64,000 bases of DNA, taken from IMG/VR virus record IMGVR_UViG_3300047552_001889, positions 1 through 64,000 of that record, one strand, 5' to 3'. The notes beneath the pieces are model-generated. The model worked only from the letters and a program-made list of their open reading frames with translations. It was not told the origin of the DNA and did no database searches. This document shows, one piece after another, positions 36,601-46,700 of the stretch (position 1 is its first letter; each line of letters opens with the position of its first letter). The position numbers and the translations under genes were made by a program. The stretch is from a virus (lineage: Duplodnaviria > Heunggongvirae > Uroviricota > Caudoviricetes).

Positions 36601-37668
36601 ATGACACAAGTAAAGAAAATAATTAAGTACCCAAGCACTGAGCAATTCAGAACCATTGTTAAGACCGTTAACGAGCGCACCGCATTCGTTGGTCTTGATG
36701 AGAATGGTAAGGCAATGTACGACCCATCAATCAAGAAGCCAGTTCTTAAGTTCAAGGGAACTGTTAAGATTCATGGAACCAACGCTGGTGTTTCTTACAA
36801 CAATTCTCATGGAATGTGGGCTCAGTCTAAGGATAATATCATTACTCCAGAGAAGGATAACTATGGGTTTGCGTTCTTTGCACACTCAAATGAATTCTTC
36901 TTTGTTCAAGCTCTTTCTGAGTTCGCTAAGAAGCATAATATTGACCTTGATGAGAACACAATCACTGTTTACGGTGAGTGGGCTGGAGAGTCTATTCAAA
37001 AAGGAATGGGAATCTCCAATATCCCAAAGTCTTTGTTTGTTTTTGGTGTTAAGGTTTCAAGGCCAGGAGATGAGGACTTCCAGTCATTCTGGATTGATGC
37101 CTCAGATTTCCCAGTAGATGAAGATAGAAGAATCTTCAATATTCATGACTTTGAGACATACGAAATTGAGGTTGACTTCAATAGGCCAGATGTTGCTCAA
37201 AATCAGATGATTGAGATTATGACTCAGGTTGAGAACGAGTGTCCTGTTGCTAAGGCTTTCGGTCACGTTGGAATTGGAGAGGGTAATGTTTGGACTGTTG
37301 AATTCAAGGGTCATACATACAGATTCAAGGTTAAGGGCGAGAAGCACGCTGGAAAGACAAAGGTTAAGACTTTGAAGGCTGTTGACAGCGACAAAATCAA
37401 TAAGATTCATGAGGTTGCTAATAAGGTAACTCCTGCGTGGCGATTAGACCAGATGTTAACTCAGGCTTGTAATATTGGTAACGGTGGAAACATTGATAGA
37501 GCAAAGCTTGGTGATTACTTGAGACTTGTTATTAACGATGTCATCAAGGAAGAGTCTGACATTATCGCTGAAGCTGGTCTTGAGCCGAAGGATGTAAATA
37601 AGTATGTTTCTCAAATTGCCAGAGAATACTTCTTCGACAGAGAGAAGGAAGACCTTGGTGTTAACTAA
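36601..37668 (+). CDS. RNA ligase, Rnl2 family
   Basis: Motif I KIHGTNAG matches T4 Rnl2 KIHGTN (ligase lysine), and YGEWAGESIQKG matches T4 Rnl2 FGEFAGPGIQK (motifs III/IV). Confidence 0.7.
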   Translation: MTQVKKIIKYPSTEQFRTIVKTVNERTAFVGLDENGKAMYDPSIKKPVLKFKGTVKIHGTNAGVSYNNSHGMWAQSKDNIITPEKDNYGFAFFAHSNEFFFVQALSEFAKKHNIDLDENTITVYGEWAGESIQKGMGISNIPKSLFVFGVKVSRPGDEDFQSFWIDASDFPVDEDRRIFNIHDFETYEIEVDFNRPDVAQNQMIEIMTQVENECPVAKAFGHVGIGEGNVWTVEFKGHTYRFKVKGEKHAGKTKVKTLKAVDSDKINKIHEVANKVTPAWRLDQMLTQACNIGNGGNIDRAKLGDYLRLVINDVIKEESDIIAEAGLEPKDVNKYVSQIAREYFFDREKEDLGVN

Positions 37669-37679
37669 AAATATGTCTT

Positions 37680-37994
37680 ATGGGATTTGAGATGGAATTT
37701 GAAGAGTTTGAAAAAGAATATATGAGCAACTTTGGCGGGTATGTTCCTACATACTTTACAGCTGATGAGGAGTTTAAAAAGAGTGGATACATCAGGATTA
37801 ATGTGGAGATGATAGCTCCATATAGAATGACAGATGGGCCCTCAAGATTCTTCAGAGTTATAAGCCTCCAGGTGAATCAGGAGCAATACGCTAAGATTAA
37901 TGAGTATGCTGTAAGGGCTGGAAATCACTGGAAGGAATATCTTGAGAAAAAGTCTGAAGAATTACTTGAATATTCTAATAATTTTGAAGGATAA
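37680..37994 (+). CDS. hypothetical protein
   Basis: ORF only. Confidence 0.3.
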   Translation: MGFEMEFEEFEKEYMSNFGGYVPTYFTADEEFKKSGYIRINVEMIAPYRMTDGPSRFFRVISLQVNQEQYAKINEYAVRAGNHWKEYLEKKSEELLEYSNNFEG

Positions 37995-38251
37995 TGGAAA
38001 AGGAACTAGAAGGTCTTGAGTATGATAAGCTCTTTCTGGACCAAAACGTACATAAGCTGACTGGAAGTCTCACAAAGCTTCAGAATGGACAAAAAGGAGA
38101 GGTAACAATTGATGAGGGTTCATTCTGGCTTGTAACTGGTCTTGGACAATTCCATGACAACCTTCCAGATAAATTAATTCAGGATTCATTGGATGATACA
38201 ATTATCATAAGTAAGTCTAAGCTGATTGAATTTATTAATAGCAAAAAGTAA
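37994..38251 (+). CDS. hypothetical protein
   Basis: ORF only. Confidence 0.3.
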   Translation: MEKELEGLEYDKLFLDQNVHKLTGSLTKLQNGQKGEVTIDEGSFWLVTGLGQFHDNLPDKLIQDSLDDTIIISKSKLIEFINSKK

Positions 38252-38255
38252 AAAT

Positions 38256-39047
38256 ATGAATAAAGAAAGCGTTTATATCAACCCACCAAAAGAAGTAATG
38301 TTAACTATTCGTGATTTTCATGAGTGTTCTTATTATGATAAAGCGGTTCAATTTTGTAATTACAATCTAATAGTAGATATAAGCGAACCAAGGGTTATTC
38401 AGCTATGGACTAGAGAGGGTAATTCTGAGGTTCTTGCTGAGAAGATACCATTTTCAAAGAAATGTTATGTATCATCCTCTATTGAGGCGGAGTTTGTGAG
38501 GATTGTAAAGTCTCCAATAACTTTAGATTGGGTTAATAAACATTTCGGATATGCAATTCTTAAAGAATCTGAAGAAGAGCTTCAAAAGATTTGGCCAGAG
38601 CTTGTTGACCAGGAAACTAGGAAAACAAAAAAGAATTTTTACAAAGAATCAAAGCACTACATAGATTTTGATAAACTATTAGATGCTAGAGAGGCTAAGT
38701 GGGAGGAAGAAAGTAAAAATTGGGCCAATAAAAGCTTTAAAAAGAATATTGAGCTGATTTGGAATCCTGATATTATGCGGGATAGGTTAGGTTATGCAAC
38801 CTTTAAAGGGTATTATTTAACTGAGGAAGGAATATTAAATCGCCATGAGTACATCTATTTGATTTGGGATACTGGAAGGGAAGATAGGGGTTATGCTGAA
38901 GGGTTTTCTAAAACAGGGAGTTCAACTGGCTCGCATTCTTATGAAAATCTTGATAAATACAATAAGTTAACCAGAGAACAGTTTTTGGAGAAGTTTTTGG
39001 AGATTAATGAATATGACAGATTAAAAGAAAAAGAAAGAGAGCAATAA
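38256..39047 (+). CDS. hypothetical protein
   Basis: ORF; the ATG at 38256 is preferred over 38226, which overlaps the previous gene. Confidence 0.3.
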   Translation: MNKESVYINPPKEVMLTIRDFHECSYYDKAVQFCNYNLIVDISEPRVIQLWTREGNSEVLAEKIPFSKKCYVSSSIEAEFVRIVKSPITLDWVNKHFGYAILKESEEELQKIWPELVDQETRKTKKNFYKESKHYIDFDKLLDAREAKWEEESKNWANKSFKKNIELIWNPDIMRDRLGYATFKGYYLTEEGILNRHEYIYLIWDTGREDRGYAEGFSKTGSSTGSHSYENLDKYNKLTREQFLEKFLEINEYDRLKEKEREQ

Positions 39048-39057
39048 GCTCTCTTTT

Positions 39058-39264
39058 TTATTTGTCTATATAGCCATGTTTTTTGATTATGCTTGCTATT
39101 TTAAATCTAACCGCATTGTAGAGCGCATACTTTTCATAGCAATGATATTCACATGTTATTTCATTATAGTGACAGATATATCCATTTGAGTTTAGAACAT
39201 ACTTTTCCCTATCTATTCTTTTTTTAATATCAGCTATTCTTTCTTGATAATCAACCTGTTCCAT
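39058..39264 (-). CDS. small Cys-rich hypothetical protein
   Basis: 68-aa ORF. Confidence 0.25.
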   Translation of the reverse strand: MEQVDYQERIADIKKRIDREKYVLNSNGYICHYNEITCEYHCYEKYALYNAVRFKIASIIKKHGYIDK

Positions 39265-39266
39265 TT

Positions 39267-41528
39267 TTAAGAAATGAATGAGTTAACGATGTCATTCTTG
39301 ATTAAGAGCTCCTTAAGAGAAGTCTGTCTAACTCTTGGGTCAACATTGTCAATTGACCTATCAAATGTATTTCTATTTCCAACAAATATAGCTAGTTTCT
39401 TTGCTCTGGTAAGTCCAGTGTATACAAGATTTCTGTAGAGCATTCTGGAGTACTGAGGCATAATTGGAAGTATTGCACAATCGAACTCAGAACCCTGTGA
39501 CTTGTGAATGGTTATAGCATACGCAAGCTCCAGTTCAAGTAAGTCAACTTTCTTATACTTAACCACTCTCTCATCTCCAAATTTTATTTCTGCAGTTCCA
39601 GCTGTCTCATCAATCTTTTGAATCCAGCCGATGTCTCCATTGAAAACCTCAATCTCATAGTTATTTATTGTGTGAATAACTTTATCACCCTGTCTGAAAA
39701 CTCTATCTTTTATAGTAATCTGACCTTTGTGAGGTGAAAAAGGATTTACCGCTTCTTGGATTATTTCATTTATTCGTATAGTTCCAAGTTCTCCAATTCT
39801 CATTGGAATAAGTATTTGAATGTCATCAGTCTGTTTATATTTTTTTATGATGTTTATGTAGAGTTGCTTAGTCATCTCAACAACATCCATCTTATATCTC
39901 AAAGAGCTCCAGTGTGGGTATTGGCCTGGGTCTTTCCCATATTCGCCAACACCAGAATCTATGAACATACAGTCTGTTCCATCTTTCCAAATCCCTGGTT
40001 CAACAATTGGAGATTCTATATTCGGATGCTCACCGTGATTAATGTTGTGTGCATATGTGATTATGTTTGACTCCTTACCTTGACGGAATATTTGAGTAAG
40101 CTTATAAGTGGGAACAACACCACTATCAATCATATCCTTGAAGAAGCTTCCAGGCCCAACTGGAGGAAGCTGGTCAACGTCACCGATGAATAACACTTGA
40201 CAACCATCTGGAATGGCTCTAAGAATTGAGCTCGCTAGATTGATGTCAAGCATGGAACTTTCATCTATAATTAGAAAATTACAATCCAGAGGATTTCTTT
40301 CATTGTGTACAAATCCACCATTGATTGGGTCCCAACCAAGAAGCTTGTGGACAGTCATGGCCTGAAGTCCAATAACTTCTGTCATTCTTTGAGATGCACG
40401 ACCAGTTGGTGCAGCAAGAGCTATGTCAAGCTGTAGGTTTGTCAAGGCCTTAACGATGGCTTTTGTCATGGTTGACTTACCTGTACCTGGTCCACCAGTT
40501 AAGATGCTGACACCTCTTGTGATTACTCCCATAACCCCCCTCTTTTGTTCCTCGCTAAGTTCAACACCTCTATATCCCTTAAGTATTGAATCTTCATCTA
40601 CAACAACGTCTAAGTCCTCTAGTAATAATCTTCCTATGATGTTTGCGCAATGATTCTCATTGTAGTAAATTTTCTTAGAGTAGTATCTGTTTGGCTGCTC
40701 ATCAACCATTTGAACCATTATTTCTCCATCCTGAACCATGTACTTTAGAATTAGGTCTACCCTATTTCTAATGTCAACACCAAGAAGCTCAGTTGATGCA
40801 ATGGTTATCTGGTCATCAAGAAGGTAGCAGTGACCATCAAGACTACCATTCTCCAAAATGTGCATGATGCAGGCTCTGATTCTGATTTCGCTATTTGGGT
40901 CAATCCCAAGCTCCATTGCAACCTTGTCGGCATACTTAAATCCGATGCCACCAATGTCTCTGGCTAAGCTATAAGGATTTTCCTTTATCTTTTGAACACA
41001 CCCCTTTCCGTAGTGCTTGTATATCTTAGCAGCATAGACTGTTGATATTCCAAATTGCTGAAGGAACATCATGACATCATTTATTTCTTGATTTTCTATC
41101 CAAGAGTTCTTTATTACTTCTAGTTTCTTTGGAGATATTCCAGGAACAAGGAGAAGTTGGTCAATATCTTCGTTGAAGATTTTTATAACATCATCCTTAA
41201 AGTATTGAATGATACGACCAGCAATTACGGGACCAATTCCAGGAAAGAAAGTTGAAGACAAATATGCTCTTAGACCAGCCTTTGTATTAGGCGGGACCTC
41301 GTAAACAGACTTAGCAAACATTTGTTTTCCATACTGTGGGTGTGTAGACCAGTCACCAGCGAATTCATATGTTAAACCCTCGTGTATAATTGGATGGAAA
41401 GTCTTGACAACAACATTTTCATTCTTATTCGGTAATTCGATGCTTAAAATATGACATCCATTTCCCTTGTTTTGGAAAATTATCCTCTCAACTATACCAG
41501 TTATTTTCTCTTGTCTTTGTTCACTCAT
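39267..41528 (-). CDS. RecD2-like SF1B 5'-3' DNA helicase
   Basis: Walker A LTGGPGTGKST, Walker B FLIIDESSM, motif V ITIHKSQGSEFDCAIL, and an N-terminal HhH-like region; 753 aa. Confidence 0.85.
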   Translation of the reverse strand: MSEQRQEKITGIVERIIFQNKGNGCHILSIELPNKNENVVVKTFHPIIHEGLTYEFAGDWSTHPQYGKQMFAKSVYEVPPNTKAGLRAYLSSTFFPGIGPVIAGRIIQYFKDDVIKIFNEDIDQLLLVPGISPKKLEVIKNSWIENQEINDVMMFLQQFGISTVYAAKIYKHYGKGCVQKIKENPYSLARDIGGIGFKYADKVAMELGIDPNSEIRIRACIMHILENGSLDGHCYLLDDQITIASTELLGVDIRNRVDLILKYMVQDGEIMVQMVDEQPNRYYSKKIYYNENHCANIIGRLLLEDLDVVVDEDSILKGYRGVELSEEQKRGVMGVITRGVSILTGGPGTGKSTMTKAIVKALTNLQLDIALAAPTGRASQRMTEVIGLQAMTVHKLLGWDPINGGFVHNERNPLDCNFLIIDESSMLDINLASSILRAIPDGCQVLFIGDVDQLPPVGPGSFFKDMIDSGVVPTYKLTQIFRQGKESNIITYAHNINHGEHPNIESPIVEPGIWKDGTDCMFIDSGVGEYGKDPGQYPHWSSLRYKMDVVEMTKQLYINIIKKYKQTDDIQILIPMRIGELGTIRINEIIQEAVNPFSPHKGQITIKDRVFRQGDKVIHTINNYEIEVFNGDIGWIQKIDETAGTAEIKFGDERVVKYKKVDLLELELAYAITIHKSQGSEFDCAILPIMPQYSRMLYRNLVYTGLTRAKKLAIFVGNRNTFDRSIDNVDPRVRQTSLKELLIKNDIVNSFIS

Positions 41529-41632
41529 GTCTAAAAAATAAGTATTGCAAATTTAAGTCAAAAAAATAGGCCAAGCAATTTTTTTTAATCGAAAATTTGA
41601 ATTAAATTTGCCAAGACGAAAAAGAGTTAAAT

Positions 41633-43393
41633 ATGATAGAGACAATTAAAACAGAGTGGGACCTGGAGAAGCATTACTTCTCCTCAATCGAGGATTCAAG
41701 AATTAAAGAAGGAATTGATGCAGATAGTAAGCAGCTTGATGAATTCATAGCAAAATATGAGGGAAAAATAGCCTCTCTATCAGATGAGGATTTTCTTCAG
41801 TTTCTTGAAGAGTCTGACTCACTAAATCAGAATATGCTGAAGGCTCACTACTACTTCTCTTACCTCAATACGCTTAACACACAGGACCAAGATGTTCTTA
41901 AGAAAATGGGTGAATTGCACAATCTTTGGGCCGAGAACTCATCAAAAACACTCTTTATAACTGAAGAACTTAAGGAAGTAGGGTATGATAAGCTAATGGA
42001 TAGAAGTGGTCTTGAATCTTATGCTCCTATTAAGAATTACATCATTGGTCTTGCAAATGACTTGAAATATACACTTTCAAAGCCAGAAGAGAAGGTATCT
42101 ATCGAAATGGGTAAAGTTACCTCAATCTTGGGTGATATTTACACGGAGCTAACAAACTCATTCGAGTTTGAAATTAATGGTGAGAATAAAACTAAGTCTC
42201 AGGTTTATGCAGACCGAATGTCGAAAGATGAAGAATTAAGAAAAGAATCTCACAAGGCTCTGCATGAGAAATATGGAGAACACCAGATTGTTCTAGGAAA
42301 CATCTATAAGTCAGTGTGTAAGGGTAATGTATGTGGAATTAAGTTAAGAGGCTATGAGGGTGTAATGCACACCAGAAACCTATCTGAAGAAATGGATGAA
42401 GAGGTGGTTGACAAGCTACTTGAGATGGTGAAGTCAAACTATCACCTGTTTCACAAACACCTAAAGAATAAGGCTAAGATGCTTGGTAAGGATAAGGTTG
42501 AGTTCCATGACTTCTTGGCACCAATTCCAGTTGAAAATCTGGATGACGAAATGACTTTTGAGGAAGGTTATGAATTGTACATGAATTGTGTAAAGAAGTT
42601 TGATGAAGACTTCTACAATTACTCAAAAGAGATTTTCGAAGATGGAAGAGTATCCGTATTCCCATCTAAGGGCAAGATGGGTGGAGCATATGCTTCATAC
42701 AATAAGAATAAGGATTCTTTTGTGATGCTTAATCACACGCCAGACTTTCAGTCAGTTATGACATTGGCTCATGAGCTTGGTCACGCAATCCACGGGTGGC
42801 TATCACAGGTTCAGCCATACTCTGTATACCATTCTCCGCTTTCACTGGCTGAAACAGCCAGCATCTTTAATGAAACTTTTGTATTTGAAGAAATCATGAA
42901 GAATATTGGTGATAATGAGAGAAATTATTTCATCATGAAAAACTTGGACGATATTTTCTCTACAATGTTCCGTCAGGTTATGTACGTTGACTTCGAGAGA
43001 GAATGTCACCAGAGAACACTTGATGGCGAGGAGTTGTCTTATGATGACTTCAACGAGATTTGGTTTAGAAAGAGTCAGGAGTACTACGGACCAGACATGG
43101 AGCTTCCAGAATACGTTAAGTATGGTTGGAGCATCATTCCTCACATCTTCCATACGAAGTTCTACTGCTATGCATACAGCTTCGGAAACATCCTAAGCTT
43201 CAACTTATACCAGATGTACAAGGATTCTGAGAACAAGGAGGAGTTTGTTGAGATGTACAAGAATATCTTGAGAGCTGGTGGCTCCAAGAGACCTAAGGAC
43301 CTGCTTGCTGACAATGGTATAGACATAACTTCAAGCGAATTTTACAATGGTGCATTTGCTGTTGTTGAGGGACTTATAAAAATGGTTGAATAA
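41633..43393 (+). CDS. pepF: oligoendopeptidase F (M3 family metallopeptidase)
   Basis: HELGHAIHG zinc HExxH motif in a ~590-aa protein with M3B-like architecture. Confidence 0.75.
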   Translation: MIETIKTEWDLEKHYFSSIEDSRIKEGIDADSKQLDEFIAKYEGKIASLSDEDFLQFLEESDSLNQNMLKAHYYFSYLNTLNTQDQDVLKKMGELHNLWAENSSKTLFITEELKEVGYDKLMDRSGLESYAPIKNYIIGLANDLKYTLSKPEEKVSIEMGKVTSILGDIYTELTNSFEFEINGENKTKSQVYADRMSKDEELRKESHKALHEKYGEHQIVLGNIYKSVCKGNVCGIKLRGYEGVMHTRNLSEEMDEEVVDKLLEMVKSNYHLFHKHLKNKAKMLGKDKVEFHDFLAPIPVENLDDEMTFEEGYELYMNCVKKFDEDFYNYSKEIFEDGRVSVFPSKGKMGGAYASYNKNKDSFVMLNHTPDFQSVMTLAHELGHAIHGWLSQVQPYSVYHSPLSLAETASIFNETFVFEEIMKNIGDNERNYFIMKNLDDIFSTMFRQVMYVDFERECHQRTLDGEELSYDDFNEIWFRKSQEYYGPDMELPEYVKYGWSIIPHIFHTKFYCYAYSFGNILSFNLYQMYKDSENKEEFVEMYKNILRAGGSKRPKDLLADNGIDITSSEFYNGAFAVVEGLIKMVE

Positions 43394-43398
43394 AGACA

Positions 43399-43977
43399 GT
43401 GGGTAGAAACTTTAAATTAGAGAGATTACAGCGTGGAGAATCCTTTATCACAAGCGAGAAGGGAAACTCCATGATGCCTCTAATTAAGTCTGGCCAAGAC
43501 CATGTTCTTGAACCAATAACTTGGGATAAGGCTGAGGTTGGAGATATTGTCTACTGTAAGGTAAAGGGGAATTGGTACACACACTTGGTTACAGCAAAGA
43601 ATGAATCTCGTGGGTGCCAGATTTCAAACAACAGTGGATATGTCAATGGATGGACAAAAGCTGTTTATGGCGTTGTTACAGAGGTAATAGGTGGAAATTA
43701 TAAAAGAAAAGAGAGAAAGATGAGCAAAAAAATATTTATCATAAGCGTCCCTTACTATGAAGCATTCTTCGACCAGGATGGAATTTACATCAAGTCTATT
43801 CACGAGAATGATGCTGAGTATAGAGAATATTTTGACGGTTTATTTGGACACTTCGGAATTGAAGTAGAGAGATTCAAACTCTCCAGAGAGTTAAGTCACA
43901 GAATTGATGTTGGAATGTACTCAGACAAGGGGCTGAGTGACTTCATATTGGATATTAAAAAAGAAATAAAAGCATAA
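43399..43977 (+). CDS. hypothetical protein, possible S24/S26-type Ser-Lys peptidase fold
   Basis: KGNSMMPLIKSGQD resembles the S24 G-x-S-M motif and GDIVYCKVKG could supply the dyad lysine; the match is weak. Confidence 0.3.
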   Translation: MGRNFKLERLQRGESFITSEKGNSMMPLIKSGQDHVLEPITWDKAEVGDIVYCKVKGNWYTHLVTAKNESRGCQISNNSGYVNGWTKAVYGVVTEVIGGNYKRKERKMSKKIFIISVPYYEAFFDQDGIYIKSIHENDAEYREYFDGLFGHFGIEVERFKLSRELSHRIDVGMYSDKGLSDFILDIKKEIKA

Positions 43978-43980
43978 GAG

Positions 43981-45471
43981 ATGAGTTCACAAGAGTTTAT
44001 AGAAAATTTCCATCAAGATTTTTGGCTAAATCCAAATGATTTGCCATATATGAATATTTGGGCTTCCTATAGTCATAAAGAAAATGATAATTATTACGAT
44101 AGAAGGAAACCTAACTTTAACCCGTTTTACGAAGTTCATGACTGCAGGGCTATTAATATTCCTGAAGACTGGGGTATTTTTGGTAAAACAAATGACAGAG
44201 ATATTTCTGAAAAAATGATATTTAATCATAAATTCATGATAAATAAATACGTTGGAAAGAATACTAAGCTGACAAAAAAATTTAACATTGGAGATTATAC
44301 TTTTTACATCTTTTTCAATAGTGGCACTTTTAGGGAAAGAGGTGATAGTGAAAAGCAACCATATCAATTAGATGAATTTTCAGTTTATCTTGAATATCAT
44401 GGATTTACTAATAGAGTTTTAAATTTATATACGCAAGAAAAAATAGAAAATGGGAAATTAACACAGCGTTCTATTGTTGTTAAGGGTTACTATGTCTTGC
44501 TAGAGTTCTTAAAAAATGCAGAAGATTTAGTTTTTGAGGATTATGCTATTGAAGATGTTTTTGGAAAGTGGGAAGAAACTTATTATTTCTGGCTTGATTC
44601 AGTTACTCCAAAAGAGTTGAGTAAATATACCAAGAAGAAATCTCAGTATTCAATCTCAAGAGATTATGATATTAATCCTCAAACAAGAGAAGTGGATTTA
44701 GATTTTTTCATTAAAATGTTTACCATCAATGGTATTTACAAGCCGAATAAGAAGACTTTTACATTGATGAATTCATTTAACAATAAGCCAAAGGCTAAAG
44801 TTAAATTCTTAAAGGACTTAGGAGTTGAAACTGTTCAATTTCAAAATAACTCTGCTTATGATATTACTAATTTTTATGATTTAACTGGTGTTGTGATTAA
44901 ATGTAGTGAATCAGTTCTTAAGCATTATGAAAGTTTTCGTAAATTTCACGTCAATAAAGAATTGGCTGATTCTGTTACTAAAAAAGAGAAAGAAGAGCGA
45001 ATCAGGCAAGAAAAGCAAAGAAAAGCTGAAATTGCAAATGATACATACACCCTTTATCAATTCGGTGTCCCAGTCTTAAAAGATGTTCGTTCATACAATA
45101 TACTCGAATATTTTGAGAACAAGAGTGGTAATGAATTTGAGACACAAGCTATAGAGGCCGCTAAGAAAGTCTTTAATGCAACCAGTGAGCTTGATGTTAT
45201 TTACTTCATGCACTACGGTATTTATACCTATACAGAATTATCTGGTGAAAAATTCTCACACTATGAAGATTTGGAGTATATAAACAAATTGAAAGGTAAT
45301 AAGCTACCTAAGAGGATTGTAACATTATTGAATCTTGGAGAAATTGAATTTCCATACTTCGATACGTATGATAAAAATGCTGATTTTGAAAGGGGTGCTA
45401 CATTTATTGGTGTTAAAAAATCTGGAGATACTTACACCCTTGTATATGAAGATGGTGACCAGGGAATATAA
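43981..45471 (+). CDS. hypothetical protein
   Basis: 496-aa ORF. Confidence 0.3.
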   Translation: MSSQEFIENFHQDFWLNPNDLPYMNIWASYSHKENDNYYDRRKPNFNPFYEVHDCRAINIPEDWGIFGKTNDRDISEKMIFNHKFMINKYVGKNTKLTKKFNIGDYTFYIFFNSGTFRERGDSEKQPYQLDEFSVYLEYHGFTNRVLNLYTQEKIENGKLTQRSIVVKGYYVLLEFLKNAEDLVFEDYAIEDVFGKWEETYYFWLDSVTPKELSKYTKKKSQYSISRDYDINPQTREVDLDFFIKMFTINGIYKPNKKTFTLMNSFNNKPKAKVKFLKDLGVETVQFQNNSAYDITNFYDLTGVVIKCSESVLKHYESFRKFHVNKELADSVTKKEKEERIRQEKQRKAEIANDTYTLYQFGVPVLKDVRSYNILEYFENKSGNEFETQAIEAAKKVFNATSELDVIYFMHYGIYTYTELSGEKFSHYEDLEYINKLKGNKLPKRIVTLLNLGEIEFPYFDTYDKNADFERGATFIGVKKSGDTYTLVYEDGDQGI

Positions 45472-45489
45472 ATTGTTAAAAAGAAAAAC

Positions 45490-45969
45490 ATGGATAAAGA
45501 AACTGCAGAATTGATTGTTGATAAAATCATCAACGATTTAAACGGAAGAAGAGGTTGTGGTATTGACTCGCTTGATGATGGAATTCAAGAAGAAATAAGA
45601 AGCTCATGGGTTAATATAGCCATGAATACAAAGGCTCCAAAAAAGCAAGAAATAAAAGTTGTTAATACTGAGTATTATGATGATGAAGCAGTGCTGGCTG
45701 ATAACCCATATAAATATATTGAGGAATTTATTCATCGTGACTGTAATGACCAAATAGAGGAGGCATATGGTGATGACCTTCCTGACGGGGGCTTCAGTTG
45801 TAAATTATATTTCTTGATAAACAAAAAATATTATTGTGCTAATATTAGTTGTGGAACCAGATGGGAAGGTGGTTGGTCAAGCAGAAGGAATTACATTGAT
45901 GGAATCAATATTAACAGCATTGAAGACTTCATTTACAATGAAGATACAATGCAAATAAAGTTTATCTAA
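45490..45969 (+). CDS. hypothetical protein
   Basis: ORF only. Confidence 0.3.
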   Translation: MDKETAELIVDKIINDLNGRRGCGIDSLDDGIQEEIRSSWVNIAMNTKAPKKQEIKVVNTEYYDDEAVLADNPYKYIEEFIHRDCNDQIEEAYGDDLPDGGFSCKLYFLINKKYYCANISCGTRWEGGWSSRRNYIDGININSIEDFIYNEDTMQIKFI

Positions 45970-45974
45970 ATTAG

Positions 45975-46700
45975 ATGAAAAGAATAGTTATTTTAACTGG
46001 AGCTGGTATTTCCAAGGAATCTGGAATAGAGACTTTCAGAGATGGTGAAAATAGTCTCTGGAACAACTATGACATCAAGGAAGTTTGCACAACAGCAGCT
46101 TACAACACGAACAGAGAGGTTGTATTGAACTTCTACAACGAGAGAAGAAAAAAGCTTGCAGATGTTGAGCCAAATCAGGCTCATATTGACCTTGTATCTC
46201 TTGAGGATTACTATGATGTCAATATTATTACACAAAATGTCGATGACCTGCATGAGAGAGCTGGCTCAAGCAATATTCTACATGTTCACGGAGAGCTTAC
46301 AAAGGCTAGAAGCTGTATGTATGAAACTAAGTCATCACCTGTTGATGAGGTTATTAAAATTGGATATAATGACATAAACCTTGGTGATGTAAATGAGCAT
46401 GGAATACAGCTTAGACCACATATTGTATTCTTTGGTGATGGTATATTGGATTTTCAGAAGGCCAAGTCCTTAACAAGACATGCAGACATCTTTATTATAA
46501 TTGGAACATCTTTAGGTGTATATCCAATAGCAGACTTACCAAGGTCAGTTAAAAGGAGCTCAAAGATTTACATTATTGACCCAAATGTTCCAGAAGGAAT
46601 GATTTACGGTGATAATGTTACATTTATTCAAGAGCCAGCAACAGTTGGGGTTGCAAAATTAGTTAGTGAATTAATCGAAAAAGCAATAGAAGATGAATAG
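45975..46700 (+). CDS. Sir2-family NAD-dependent deacylase / ADP-ribosyltransferase
   Basis: GAGISKESGIETFRD (NAD-binding), NVDDLHERAGS, HGEL (catalytic His) and IIIGTSLGVYP are present. It is short at 241 aa and the Zn ribbon appears degenerate. Confidence 0.8.
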   Translation: MKRIVILTGAGISKESGIETFRDGENSLWNNYDIKEVCTTAAYNTNREVVLNFYNERRKKLADVEPNQAHIDLVSLEDYYDVNIITQNVDDLHERAGSSNILHVHGELTKARSCMYETKSSPVDEVIKIGYNDINLGDVNEHGIQLRPHIVFFGDGILDFQKAKSLTRHADIFIIIGTSLGVYPIADLPRSVKRSSKIYIIDPNVPEGMIYGDNVTFIQEPATVGVAKLVSELIEKAIEDE

